The notes under the pieces were generated by a model. It had not been told where the DNA came from. It saw only the letters and a list, made by a program, of their open reading frames with translations, and ran no database searches. The position numbers and the translations under genes are program-made. A stretch of 46,044 bases of DNA from Zavarzinella formosa DSM 19928 (GTDB lineage: Bacteria; Planctomycetota; Planctomycetia; Gemmatales; Gemmataceae), in contig NZ_JH636440.1 in assembly GCF_000255705.1 (NCBI RefSeq), positions 623,915 to 669,958 of the forward strand, read 5' to 3'. Of the stretch, positions 18,573-27,516 are shown one piece after another; position 1 is the stretch's first letter; each line of letters begins with the position of its first letter.

Positions 18573-20489
18573 TCACTTCACCGGCGAACTGACCATTGCC
18601 CGTCCGGGGGCGGAAATCGTCGGTTCGGCCAGAGTCACCTTCCCGGCCGGCGGGATCGGGATGTCCGCCGGGGAGGTCAGATCCGACAAGGGCGGCAGGC
18701 TCGCGGGCGTCGTCTTCAACATCGGCACCGGAGCCGGATTGCTCGGCGGGATGACATTCACCGGCGTTCCGGGGTCCAGCGTCGGCAGAGTTCGCACCGG
18801 GGCGGGGCTGACAACCGTTCCCGTCACCGGGGCGGCACAATTTCCGGTGGCACAGTTGCCCGCCGGGGTGCCGCAATTCCCGCCAATGCACGGGTAGGTC
18901 GAGGACGTCGGCGAACTCTTCCACGCCGCCTTGTAATGAACACCGTCCCAAATCTGTCGTTGTCCGCGGGGAGCTTCCAGAATGGTTTCAAGATAGAACT
19001 CAAAATCATCCGGCTTCCGCGTTTCCGAACCCGGCAGGGGCTTCGGCATCTGGCTTGAATCGGACGGGTCGATCAACCGGGGCGTCACCAAGATCACCAG
19101 TTCGATTTCCTCGTCGGTCTGTGTCGCATAGCTGAAGGCCCAGCCCAAGTATGGGATGTCGCCCAGCCCCGGAATCTTGGTCACCGTTCCCTGACTGTTC
19201 GTCTGGATCAATCCGCCGATGGCGATCGTCTGCCCCGGCTCGCAGACAACAGAGGTCGTCATGCGTTGTTCGTCGAAGGCGGGCGAGGTGCCGAAGCTTG
19301 TCGTCAGCGCCTGGGTGTTGTTCACCGAGGTCACGCGGGGTTCCACCGTCAGGTGAATCTTCCCGTTGCCATAAACAATAGGCGTGAACCGGAGTTCGGT
19401 TCCAACGGGCCGGTAGGTCACGCCGGGGCCGGTGATGCCGGCGGCAGCGCCGATCACGGGAACCTGCCCGCCGACCAGCAATTGAGCCTCTTCCCCGCTG
19501 CGGGCCACCACCGTCGGGGCGGCCACCAATTTGGCCAGGCCCTCGGTCTTCAGGGCCGCGAGCAGCAATTGAATGTTGCTCGGGATGATCCCGCCGATCA
19601 GGTTGGCGCTCGATGTCGCCGCCGCCGTGGCCGGGGAGGCCAGCACGCCGACACCGGCGGTCATCGCCGAGGCTGTCGAACTGGAGCCCCCTTGAAGGGA
19701 GGTCAGCCCGCCGAGCAAACTTCCTGCGGAAAAGGTGCTTCCGCTGAAAATCAAGTTGGCGCCGCGGCTTCTCGCCCGCGTCCGGTCCACCTTGGCGAGC
19801 GTGAGATCAAGCTGCACGTGCGGGACATTGCCGCCGCCGCCGACCGTCACATTGTTCACCGCGACCGTCAGGCCCACGGCACTCGCCAGATTTTGAATCG
19901 TATCCCGGTCGCCTTCTTGGGCCGCGTATCCGGAGATCACGATCGTCCCGAGGCTACGATTTTGGCCTTGGCGATTGCCCTGAGTGTTCTGATCGTCCGG
20001 GGCCGTCGATCCCGTCGCCCGAGCGGCGGGCCTCAAGATCGGCGTGATTTCCACCGAAGCGGTCGGAACCGTCTTTCGGATGAGTTCTCGAAGCTCGTCG
20101 ATCGCCTTCTTCCGAAGAGCCTCGTCTTCGGAATCGACGACGATCAGGTAACTTTCCTTGCCGCCGTTCCCGTCCGTCAGGTCCAGCCGGCTGGTGCCGG
20201 GCACCCGCCCGATCAAGATCAGCGTGGACGGGTCGCTGGCGTCCGCGAGCACTTGAACGATTTTGTCGTTCTCGTTAAACGCTTCCTTGATCGGCCTTTT
20301 TGTCCTCATCTGGAAGCGGGACTGCCCGCCGATGGAGATGATGACGGATCCGTTTTTGTCGAAAATCGCCATGGGAGCCGGTTGAGCGGGTCGCTCTTGG
20401 GCCTGCGCCGGGAAGGCGATTCCCGCCCCCCCCAGGGCGATCACGGCCATGACGGTCCGCGCTCGCTTCAAAATCATCGTCGGGTGCAT
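18573..20489 (-). CDS. cpaC: Flp pilus secretin CpaC/RcpA with a Cys- and Pro-rich C-terminal extension
   Basis: Signal peptide. Secretin domain (LKTEGLAKLVAAPTVVARSGEEAQLLVGGQVPV ... GLGDIPYLGWAF ... LVILVTPRLI). The tail carries CIGGNCGTPAGNCATGNCAAP. Confidence 0.9.
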   Translation of the reverse strand: MHPTMILKRARTVMAVIALGGAGIAFPAQAQERPAQPAPMAIFDKNGSVIISIGGQSRFQMRTKRPIKEAFNENDKIVQVLADASDPSTLILIGRVPGTSRLDLTDGNGGKESYLIVVDSEDEALRKKAIDELRELIRKTVPTASVEITPILRPAARATGSTAPDDQNTQGNRQGQNRSLGTIVISGYAAQEGDRDTIQNLASAVGLTVAVNNVTVGGGGNVPHVQLDLTLAKVDRTRARSRGANLIFSGSTFSAGSLLGGLTSLQGGSSSTASAMTAGVGVLASPATAAATSSANLIGGIIPSNIQLLLAALKTEGLAKLVAAPTVVARSGEEAQLLVGGQVPVIGAAAGITGPGVTYRPVGTELRFTPIVYGNGKIHLTVEPRVTSVNNTQALTTSFGTSPAFDEQRMTTSVVCEPGQTIAIGGLIQTNSQGTVTKIPGLGDIPYLGWAFSYATQTDEEIELVILVTPRLIDPSDSSQMPKPLPGSETRKPDDFEFYLETILEAPRGQRQIWDGVHYKAAWKSSPTSSTYPCIGGNCGTPAGNCATGNCAAPVTGTVVSPAPVRTLPTLDPGTPVNVIPPSNPAPVPMLKTTPASLPPLSDLTSPADIPIPPAGKVTLAEPTISAPGRAMVSSPVK

Positions 20490-20570
20490 CCGTTCACCTC
20501 GTTAGCCAGGACTGTCATGGGTCGGATTTCGCTGGCTGCGAAACCCGTCCCTTTTACCGATCCGTCTCAC

Positions 20571-21782
20571 TCACGACCCAACCGGCTTGGCGTCCCCGGC
20601 CGGCTTGTTCTCTTCGGTCGAATTCGCTTCGGGCTTCGCCGGGGTTTCCGGCGTGTAGTCGTCCGCATCCTTGTCGCTTTCAAACCGTCTCCACTTGCCG
20701 GGGGCCGTCTCCAGCCACACGACTCGCTTCGACTGCCCGCCCGCCTGGATCACCTGGTCGAACCGGGGCAGCTTGATCTTTTCCGGAACCTTCACGACCG
20801 GCGGGGCGCCGGGCGTTTCAATGATCTCCGCCGGCTCCTTGGAGATGGCGGCCTTCAACAGGTTTTGGCCCGGTTCGAGCGCGCGCACCACATACAGACC
20901 CTTGAGATCCTCGGCCGACTTGTAAGCCCCTTCCGGCACCACCTTCACTTCCAGCGTTCCAAAGTATTCGCCAATGTTGTCGGCGTTAATCAGTGTGTTG
21001 ACCGGCACGGCCTTGCGGGCGAAAACAATGCTTTCGCCTTTTTCAATGGCCACGGTCGGCACCGGCGACAGGCCCACGTCCCCGGCGAAGGGGTCGTCCA
21101 GCCATTCAATCTTCTCGCTGCCATCCTTCGTCTTTTCGATCTGACCGCTGCCGCGGAGAACCATCTTCAACCGGCCGCGTTCTTCGGCGAGGGCCAGCAG
21201 GTTGGCCTGCTTGTCGGTCACGGCCAGGGAAACCGATTCCACTTGGGTGATGGCCCGGCCGGTCCCTTCCTTCAGTTGGTCAACGGTGTTCACCGCGAGG
21301 ATCAGCATGTCCCGCAGGATCACGGCCGACCGGGACTTTCCGGAGGGCAGCCGTTCCACATACATCACGTCCACCTTGGACCCCGGCCGGGCGAAGCCGG
21401 CCACGGCGTCCACCTGGGATGACTTGATGGTGATTTGCTTGCAACCGTCCGGCAGGGCGATCCCGGCCGAGACGCCCAAGTCCGTGACCGTGACGACGTT
21501 TCCAGCCTTCAGCGTCCGGTTCACTTCCTTGTTCTTCAGGGCCTCGATGTCAACCACCGCGTCCGGCGGGATCATCGTCTTGGGCATCTCCGCCCAGGCA
21601 ATCCAGTTGTCCAGTTCCTTCTCATCCAGCTTTGTGTTGAGCGGAATGTCTTTCTTGGCGACCAGCGCCTTGCCGGTCTCGGGCCCCTTGCCGGAACCCG
21701 CGGACAATTGGGCGACGGCAATGGCGGCGATGAGGCCGCAGGCCATCGCGACGCCGAGCATAATCAAGTTTTTCTGTTTCAT
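20571..21782 (-). CDS. cpaB: Flp pilus assembly protein CpaB/RcpC (SAF domain)
   Basis: ATG at 21782 (MKQKNLIMLGVAMACGLIAAIAV is an N-terminal TM segment). SAF/RcpC-like beta-rich periplasmic domain. The C-terminus is charged. Confidence 0.82.
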   Translation of the reverse strand: MKQKNLIMLGVAMACGLIAAIAVAQLSAGSGKGPETGKALVAKKDIPLNTKLDEKELDNWIAWAEMPKTMIPPDAVVDIEALKNKEVNRTLKAGNVVTVTDLGVSAGIALPDGCKQITIKSSQVDAVAGFARPGSKVDVMYVERLPSGKSRSAVILRDMLILAVNTVDQLKEGTGRAITQVESVSLAVTDKQANLLALAEERGRLKMVLRGSGQIEKTKDGSEKIEWLDDPFAGDVGLSPVPTVAIEKGESIVFARKAVPVNTLINADNIGEYFGTLEVKVVPEGAYKSAEDLKGLYVVRALEPGQNLLKAAISKEPAEIIETPGAPPVVKVPEKIKLPRFDQVIQAGGQSKRVVWLETAPGKWRRFESDKDADDYTPETPAKPEANSTEENKPAGDAKPVGS

Positions 21783-22158
21783 GGCTGCCTTCTCTGGATG
21801 CAAAACTCTGGTTGTTTGGTCCGTCCCTCTCGGCCGCCATCCGGGGTCGAGGATCGGAACCGTGCGACACACGATCCCGCTGATTCACGATTTGGCCCGT
21901 CGATCCCGAATGCCGTTCCCGAGGAGGGGTCGAAGACGGCTTCGCGTGGCTTTTCACCCGGCCAGACACATCGCGACGAATTCGCCGGTTGTGCCTGATC
22001 GATCAATCACACGCCTTCCAACGGAACTTAGCACTCTTCCGGGGATGCCGGAGATTCTTTTGCCAACGTTTTTTTCGACATTGGCATAACGGACTCTTCA
22101 ATTTTTCCGGCAATGAGGAGAATGCCAAAGAAAGAGAATTCGTCGATTATGCCGTCAG

Positions 22159-22184
22159 CGACGCGGTTTGGGCAAACCGCGTCG
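22159..22184. promoter_or_regulatory. 12-2-12 perfect palindrome (cgacgcggtttg gg caaaccgcgtcg) in the AT-rich cpaA-cpaB spacer; candidate operator
   Basis: The arms are exact reverse complements. No U-run follows on either strand. It sits inside a roughly 500-bp spacer of lower GC upstream of cpaB. Confidence 0.4.
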
Positions 22185-22287
22185 GATGCGGAACCATTCC
22201 AATGCGGAATTCAGATAATTGTGAATGAAAGTCCGAAGACAAAGATCCGGCCGTTTGACTTGGTTTTCAATTCCGCATTCCGCCGTT

Positions 22288-23091
22288 TCACATCCACATG
22301 CCGGGGAGTGTGCCCTGCATGTACAGGTAGGCCAGATACCCGAGGAAGCCGACGCACAGCGGAATGCCGTACGGAAGCCGGTCCCAACCGGGGCGCCGGG
22401 CGGAAGAACGGCTGGCCGCCGCGTTCGGCCCGACGGTGGCCAGCACTTTGAGATCGACGGCGATCTCGCGGAAATTGCTGAGGTTCTTTTTGAACTTGCG
22501 CCGGGTCGCCATCATCACCAGGCCGCAAAGACCGCCGGTGATGGCTCCGAGGGCGAACGCCCAGATGAGAATTTCCACTCCGTTCGCGCCGCCGAAGAAG
22601 GCGCCGATCCAGGAGCCGAATCCCATGAGCATCTTCACGTCTCCCTGTCCCATGCCCACGATGGCGAGCAACGGGAAGAGAAGGAAGAAGCCGACCATGG
22701 TGCACAGCAGGGAGTTTCCGATGCCGCCGGTTCCCGCGTCCACCGGGATGCCGGCCGTGTGCAGGCCGCCCAAGGCCCAACCGCTGACCACCAGTGAAAG
22801 AGTGAGCCAGTTGGGAACCTTGAAGGCCCAGCCGTCGATCACGGCGGCCAGCACCATGCCGAAGCACAGGACGACCAACGGACCATAATTGCTTGTCGGC
22901 AGGGCGTCGGCCGGGGCGAAAGCCGCCCAGACCAAATGGCTCGCATAGGCGGCCATCGTCCAAATAACCGCGATGAACGGGATCCGGGCCATTGACATCA
23001 CAAAGGCGCGGTCGATCCCCAGATCATCCGGGTTCGTGTTCGGGGCGGGCGCGGAGTTTTGGCCCGTGTGGGATTCCATCATCGTTGTCAT
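22288..23091 (-). CDS. cpaA: Prepilin peptidase CpaA/TadV (A24 family)
   Basis: Polytopic membrane protein with GMGQGDVKMLMGFGSWIG (the A24 GDVK-type motif) and conserved Asp-containing loops. ATG at 23091. Confidence 0.85.
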   Translation of the reverse strand: MTTMMESHTGQNSAPAPNTNPDDLGIDRAFVMSMARIPFIAVIWTMAAYASHLVWAAFAPADALPTSNYGPLVVLCFGMVLAAVIDGWAFKVPNWLTLSLVVSGWALGGLHTAGIPVDAGTGGIGNSLLCTMVGFFLLFPLLAIVGMGQGDVKMLMGFGSWIGAFFGGANGVEILIWAFALGAITGGLCGLVMMATRRKFKKNLSNFREIAVDLKVLATVGPNAAASRSSARRPGWDRLPYGIPLCVGFLGYLAYLYMQGTLPGMWM

Positions 23092-23249
23092 GAGAGCGTA
23101 ACCTCGCCTGTAGGGGGTTGACCGCGATTGCGCGCAGTTCGGGTTAATGTTCGCTCCCCGCGGATCTCCTGGTTGCCGGATCGGATTGGCGGTGTTGACG
23201 CACCGCCCGGAAAGCCATCTTTCCGGTTTCCGAGCCGACACTTCGCTCG

Positions 23250-23432
23250 TCAGCTCGCCGCCGTGTTGAGAGCGACGTTGGCAAACGTCTTGCTGGCGCT
23301 TTGGCCGAGCGTGGTGATCGCGGCGATGCACACCACCACGATCAGGGCCAGCATCACTGCATATTCAACAGCCGTCGGGCCGTCTTCTTTTTTCAAAAAC
23401 CGAACCGTCCGGACCATCAATTGTCGGCACAT
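23250..23432 (-). CDS. flp: Flp-family type IVb pilin
   Basis: 60 aa: MCRQLMVRTVRFLKKEDGPTAVEYAVMLALIVVVCIAAITTLGQ. The G/xxxxEY processing motif is followed by a hydrophobic helix. AAGGAG SD lies 7 nt upstream of the ATG at 23432. Confidence 0.85.
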   Translation of the reverse strand: MCRQLMVRTVRFLKKEDGPTAVEYAVMLALIVVVCIAAITTLGQSASKTFANVALNTAAS

Positions 23433-24029
23433 TCCGTTTCTCCTTATAACGTTCGGATGACAACCATGACCGGAGAGCGGGCATGGGGGTGAGCATCTAC
23501 ATCCTGCGAACGGGAGGCCGCGAACACACGTCCACAAGACGGGCATTCCCGGTTTGGCGGATGAACCAAAAACAGTCACCAAGTCGGGGGAGACGAAGGG
23601 GACCGTCGACTGATCTGGCGAATCATCTCCGGATCAGTCATGCCGCAAACGTAGTTCGTCTCTTTCGTCAGTCAACCGCTGTCACGCGAGTTTCGCAGGA
23701 ATCATTGCAAATTCCGTGAAATCGGCACAATCGTCAGAATCGGCAAATTGCGCGGGGCCATGAAATTAGGACAGGAGTGGAAGCGGGCAAGATTTTTCAG
23801 CCACGGATCGAACACGGATTCGGACAAAAACCAAAACGGATCAAAACTTGATGAAGGGACGGGCAAGACAAACGAATCTTTCTTCCTCTTATCTGATTTT
23901 CATTTTTGCCTTTTGCCCGAATCTCTGTTCGATCTGCGGCTAAAAAATGCCTTTTCCGTTCGTTCATTCAAATCATGAGTGTTCTATGCTACCCGGTTGT
24001 CCCAAATCCCCCCTGGCGGTGGAGTGGCC

Positions 24030-25373
24030 ATGATGCTCAAGTCCGGGTCGCCTTTTGACGTGGAAGATAATTCGCCGGAAGCCCCCTCCCCGCCGGAGTC
24101 ACTCAAGGAGGCGGGGTTGTCGCTCACTTTTGTGGCCGACTTGATCCTCAAGACGGTCTATCTGCGCGGCACGATCATCGGTCGTGATCTGGCTCAGTTC
24201 ATCTGCCTTCCCTTTAAGGTGGTGCGGGAGGGGCTCAAGTATCTGAAGGAAGAGAAGCAACTTGAGGTGATGGGGGGCGACCTCGTCGGCGAGGTGAGCT
24301 ATCGCTTCTCGCTGACGGACCTTGGCCGGGACCGGGCCAAGGAGGCGATGATCCAGTGCGCCTACGTCGGCCCGGCCCCGGTTCCCATTGAAGATTATGT
24401 CGAACAGTGTTATCGGCAGGCCGTCACCGGCATCCGCTGCACGCCGGAGACGCTGGCCGCCCCGTTTTCGCATCTGGTGTTGCGAGACGAGATGTTCAAC
24501 GCCATCGGCCCGGCCATCGTGTCCGGCCGCAGCGTGTTCATCTACGGCCCCCCCGGCAACGGGAAAACCGCGATGGCCCGCGCCATCGGCGAGTTCATGA
24601 ATCAAGCCGGCGGGGCGATCTTCGTCCCCCATGCGTTCATCGCCGAGGGAAGCATCATCACGGTGTACGATCCCTCGTTGCACCAAGTGGAAGAGAATGC
24701 CGAGAACAGCTTCCTCGACGCAGAATCCAGCGTGCGACGGTTGCTGAACACCGGCTCGATTGACCCGCGTTGGGTGAAGATCCGTCGGCCCGTCATCGTG
24801 ACCGGCGGCGAATTGACCTTGGAAATGATGGACTTGCGTTACAATGCCGAGTCCAAGTTCTATCAGGCCCCGATTCACTTCAAGGCCAACGGCGGCATCT
24901 TCCTCATCGACGACTTCGGCCGGCAGATTGTCTCGCCGAAGGAACTTCTCAACCGCTGGATTTTGCCGCTCGAAGACCGGCACGACTTCCTCACCGTGGC
25001 CAACGGCAAGAAGTTCCAGGTGCCCTTCGAGCAACTCATCATCTTCTCGACCAACCTCGACCCGAAGGATCTGGTGGACGACGCCTTCCTTCGCCGTATC
25101 CGGCACAAAGTGGGCATCAGCGCCCCGACGCGGGATGTGTACGAAAAGATCTTCAACGGCAACGCCCGCCGGCTCGGGATGCAGGCCTGCCCGGAAGCGG
25201 TCGATTATTTGTATGAGCGTTACTACTCCCGCGGTCGGACACCCCGTGCGTCAGACTGCAGAGATTTACTGGAAATTGTGCAGTCGATCTGCCGATACAG
25301 ACGGCATCCCGTGCATTTGTCGCGCGATCTGATGGTGGAAGCTTCGGCCAGCTTTATTGCCGAGTTTGACTGA
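24030..25373 (+). CDS. AAA+ ATPase (AAA_5/MoxR-McrB-like core) with an N-terminal winged-helix-like domain
   Basis: Walker A FIYGPPGNGKTAMA, Walker B GGIFLIDDFGRQ, then LLNRWILPLEDRHDF ... FQVPFEQLIIFSTNLDP and DDAFLRRIRHKV (sensor/Arg). The GTG at 23979 is upstream. ATGATG at 24030 is preceded by GGTGGAG. Confidence 0.75.
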   Translation: MMLKSGSPFDVEDNSPEAPSPPESLKEAGLSLTFVADLILKTVYLRGTIIGRDLAQFICLPFKVVREGLKYLKEEKQLEVMGGDLVGEVSYRFSLTDLGRDRAKEAMIQCAYVGPAPVPIEDYVEQCYRQAVTGIRCTPETLAAPFSHLVLRDEMFNAIGPAIVSGRSVFIYGPPGNGKTAMARAIGEFMNQAGGAIFVPHAFIAEGSIITVYDPSLHQVEENAENSFLDAESSVRRLLNTGSIDPRWVKIRRPVIVTGGELTLEMMDLRYNAESKFYQAPIHFKANGGIFLIDDFGRQIVSPKELLNRWILPLEDRHDFLTVANGKKFQVPFEQLIIFSTNLDPKDLVDDAFLRRIRHKVGISAPTRDVYEKIFNGNARRLGMQACPEAVDYLYERYYSRGRTPRASDCRDLLEIVQSICRYRRHPVHLSRDLMVEASASFIAEFD

Positions 25374-25445
25374 CCGGCGGATCTTCCCCGGTTTCACCTC
25401 GGCAACACGGGAACACTGCCTGGGCCGACGTAAAAGGGGTTGAGC

Positions 25446-26525
25446 ATGACCGGATGGAATCGGTGCAAAATCGCCCTCGCCGGCGGCGTTCTTGCCGCGA
25501 CGGTGGGGTGCAACACAACGCCGAAACAACCGGCCATGCCTGCGGCCCCGTCGCCGCTCACTTCCGCGCCGTCTTCGTCATCTTCCAAAACTGTCTTTGT
25601 TCCCGAACCGGCCGACGACCCGAAAGTCGAGAAAAAGGGACCGCTGGCCCCGAGCACGCTGCTTGTGTTTGCGGACACATGGGTGGAGGCCGTCCGGAAC
25701 GATCCGGCCAAGGCGCCGCCGGAGCGGGAACGCCTTCTGACGCAAGCCCGCCAGTTTTACAACGAAGTGCTGGCACGCGACCCCAAGAACCTGGATGCCT
25801 TGCTCGGATTGGGCAAGATGTATCAGGTCACCGGGGAATATGAAAAGCTGGCCGAGACCGAAAAGCGGATTCGCGATGTCCATCCGAACAACGCCAAGGC
25901 TTGGGCGTGGATCGCCGTCCGGCAGGCCCAATCGAAGGAATGGGACAACTCGGCGGACAGTTTCCACAAGGCCGTGAAACTCGACCCGGACAACCGGGAG
26001 TATCGCATTAAACTTGGATTCACGCTGGCCCGCGGCGGACGCTATGAAGAGGGCTATGCCTGGCTGAGCCGGTCGAAGCGCGAGTCCGAGGCCCGGTACA
26101 ATCTCGCGATGATGATGATTCACAACAACAAGCCGGATCTGGCCAGACAACAACTGGAGTTTGCCCTCCAGGTTGAGCCGAACTTTAAGCAGGCGACGGA
26201 ACAACTGGCGATGCTGAACAGCGGCGAACCGGCCCAAGACACTCCGGCGCCCAAGGTGGAAACCACGGTTCGCACCGCCAAGCCGGAAAATATCATCCGC
26301 ACGGTCAATTACGAGGAACCGCCGCCGGCACCGGCGCCAACACCGGCCACGAGGCCGATGCCATTGCGTCCGCTGGAACCGCAACCGATCCCGACGGCTC
26401 CGCAAGGTCTGCCGCCGGAACCGTTGCCCGTGGGCATTTCCCAAAACTCATCTCCGCGCGGCCCGCTTCCGCCCGCCTACACCGCCACCACCGGCTGGGA
26501 CACGACCATTCCGCCGCGTAGATGA
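25446..26525 (+). CDS. TPR-repeat lipoprotein with a Pro-rich C-terminal tail (TadD-like candidate)
   Basis: Lipobox LAATVGC. TPR-like helical repeats (YNEVLARDPKNLDALLGLGKMYQVTGEYEKL; AKAWAWIAVRQAQSKEWDNSADSFHKAVKLDPDN; YRIKLGFTLARGGRYEEG). The C-terminal P-rich low-complexity region is EPPPAPAPTPATRPMPLRPLEPQPIP. Confidence 0.7.
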   Translation: MTGWNRCKIALAGGVLAATVGCNTTPKQPAMPAAPSPLTSAPSSSSSKTVFVPEPADDPKVEKKGPLAPSTLLVFADTWVEAVRNDPAKAPPERERLLTQARQFYNEVLARDPKNLDALLGLGKMYQVTGEYEKLAETEKRIRDVHPNNAKAWAWIAVRQAQSKEWDNSADSFHKAVKLDPDNREYRIKLGFTLARGGRYEEGYAWLSRSKRESEARYNLAMMMIHNNKPDLARQQLEFALQVEPNFKQATEQLAMLNSGEPAQDTPAPKVETTVRTAKPENIIRTVNYEEPPPAPAPTPATRPMPLRPLEPQPIPTAPQGLPPEPLPVGISQNSSPRGPLPPAYTATTGWDTTIPPRR

Positions 26526-26535
26526 CACGGCTTGG

Positions 26536-26650
26536 AAGATGACACGGAGACAAGGTGAGAAGATGACCTTGGAGTGGGTGCCGCCTTATTCTGTTTGAAT
26601 AGAATTTATGTCACCTTGTCTCCGTGTCACCTTGTCTCCTTGTCATCTTC
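26536..26650. repeat. Imperfect long palindrome with internal gacaaggtgac direct repeats between the TPR-lipoprotein stop and the HD-gene start
   Basis: ggaagatgacacggagacaaggtgagaagatgac ... gtcaccttgtctccgtgtcaccttgtctccttgtcatcttcc. Confidence 0.6.
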
Positions 26651-26654
26651 CGAC

Positions 26655-27314
26655 ATGATCTCTCCCGAAAAACTCGAAGCATTGCAAACCGGCTGGGTCC
26701 GGTTTGTCGCCCGTTTCTCCGTGTCGCCCGTTGAGGCTTATCCCGTCTTTGATCGTCTGGTGGCCGCTCATTCCGAGCCGTGGCGCCATTACCACACCTT
26801 GGAACACATTGCCGAAATGCTCAAGGTTGTCGGCCGTCTGGCGGATTCGTCAAACGACCTCGACGCCATCCAACTGGCCGTGTGGTTTCACGACTCGGTA
26901 TACGACCCGAAGGCCAAAGACAACGAAGCCCGCTCGGCCGATCTGATGGTCGAAGCCCTCTCGCCATACTTGTTGAGGGAGGGACTGATCCCGCACATCC
27001 GGGACATGATTCTGGCGACCGCCCACACCGGGAACGCATCAACCGATCCTGATACGATGGTGTTGCTGGACGCAGACCTCGGCATCCTGGCCTCCGATGA
27101 GTGGCGCTACCTGAAATACGCCGAGGCCATCCGGCGGGAATATGACTGGGTGCCCGACGACGCTTACCGCGCCGGCCGCACGGCCGTGTTGCAAGCCTTC
27201 CTGAACCGGGAGCGAATCTACCAAACCGAACGCTTCCACGCCGTGGCCGAGGAACCCGCCAGACGAAATCTGGCGGCGGAGATTGAACGACTGGCGACGG
27301 GGAAGGTGACGTGA
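26655..27314 (+). CDS. HD-superfamily metal-dependent phosphohydrolase (COG4339-like)
   Basis: WRHYHTLEHIAEMLKV ... LAVWFHDSVYDP (the H..H...HD signature). ATG at 26655. Confidence 0.65.
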   Translation: MISPEKLEALQTGWVRFVARFSVSPVEAYPVFDRLVAAHSEPWRHYHTLEHIAEMLKVVGRLADSSNDLDAIQLAVWFHDSVYDPKAKDNEARSADLMVEALSPYLLREGLIPHIRDMILATAHTGNASTDPDTMVLLDADLGILASDEWRYLKYAEAIRREYDWVPDDAYRAGRTAVLQAFLNRERIYQTERFHAVAEEPARRNLAAEIERLATGKVT

Positions 27315-27334
27315 GGACTGGCAAGAACTTCGCC

Positions 27335-27470
27335 ATTGTGAAGCCGCGACGCGAAGGCTTTGCGCAGCGGAGCGCGGACTTGCCGCGTCATGTGATTGCC
27401 ATTTCTATCGGCGATTTCACGCCGGAAGTCCGCGCTCCGCTCCGAAGACTCCGCGTCGCGGCTTCACAAT
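27335..27470. repeat. Family-4 palindromic element, copy 2
   Basis: Arms attgtgaagccgcgacgcgaaggctttgcgcagcggagcgcggacttg and gaagtccgcgctccgctccgaagactccgcgtcgcggcttcacaat. It shares a 26-nt core with 12138-12165. Confidence 0.75.
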
Positions 27471-27516
27471 GGCGGATCGTCGGTGTTGGCTTGTTTGGGC
27501 TATTTGAAGCGGCCGT

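Noticed and set aside
19266-21422. 718-aa ORF on the + strand, and similar long + strand ORFs at 9600..10856, 13013..14020, 15726..17162, 17729..18592 and 33546..34850 (-)
   Set aside because: They are entirely antisense to well-supported genes (cpaC/cpaB, the DUF11 protein, tadC, cpaF, cpaE, flotillin). Their Arg/Gly/His-rich low-complexity composition is typical of open antisense frames in high-GC DNA. They have no recognisable domains.
22288-23331. Longer 347-aa prepilin peptidase with an Arg/His-rich N-terminal 80 residues
   Set aside because: The upstream extension is non-hydrophobic and low-complexity. Starting at the ATG at 23091 gives a standard A24 peptidase length with its first TM helix.
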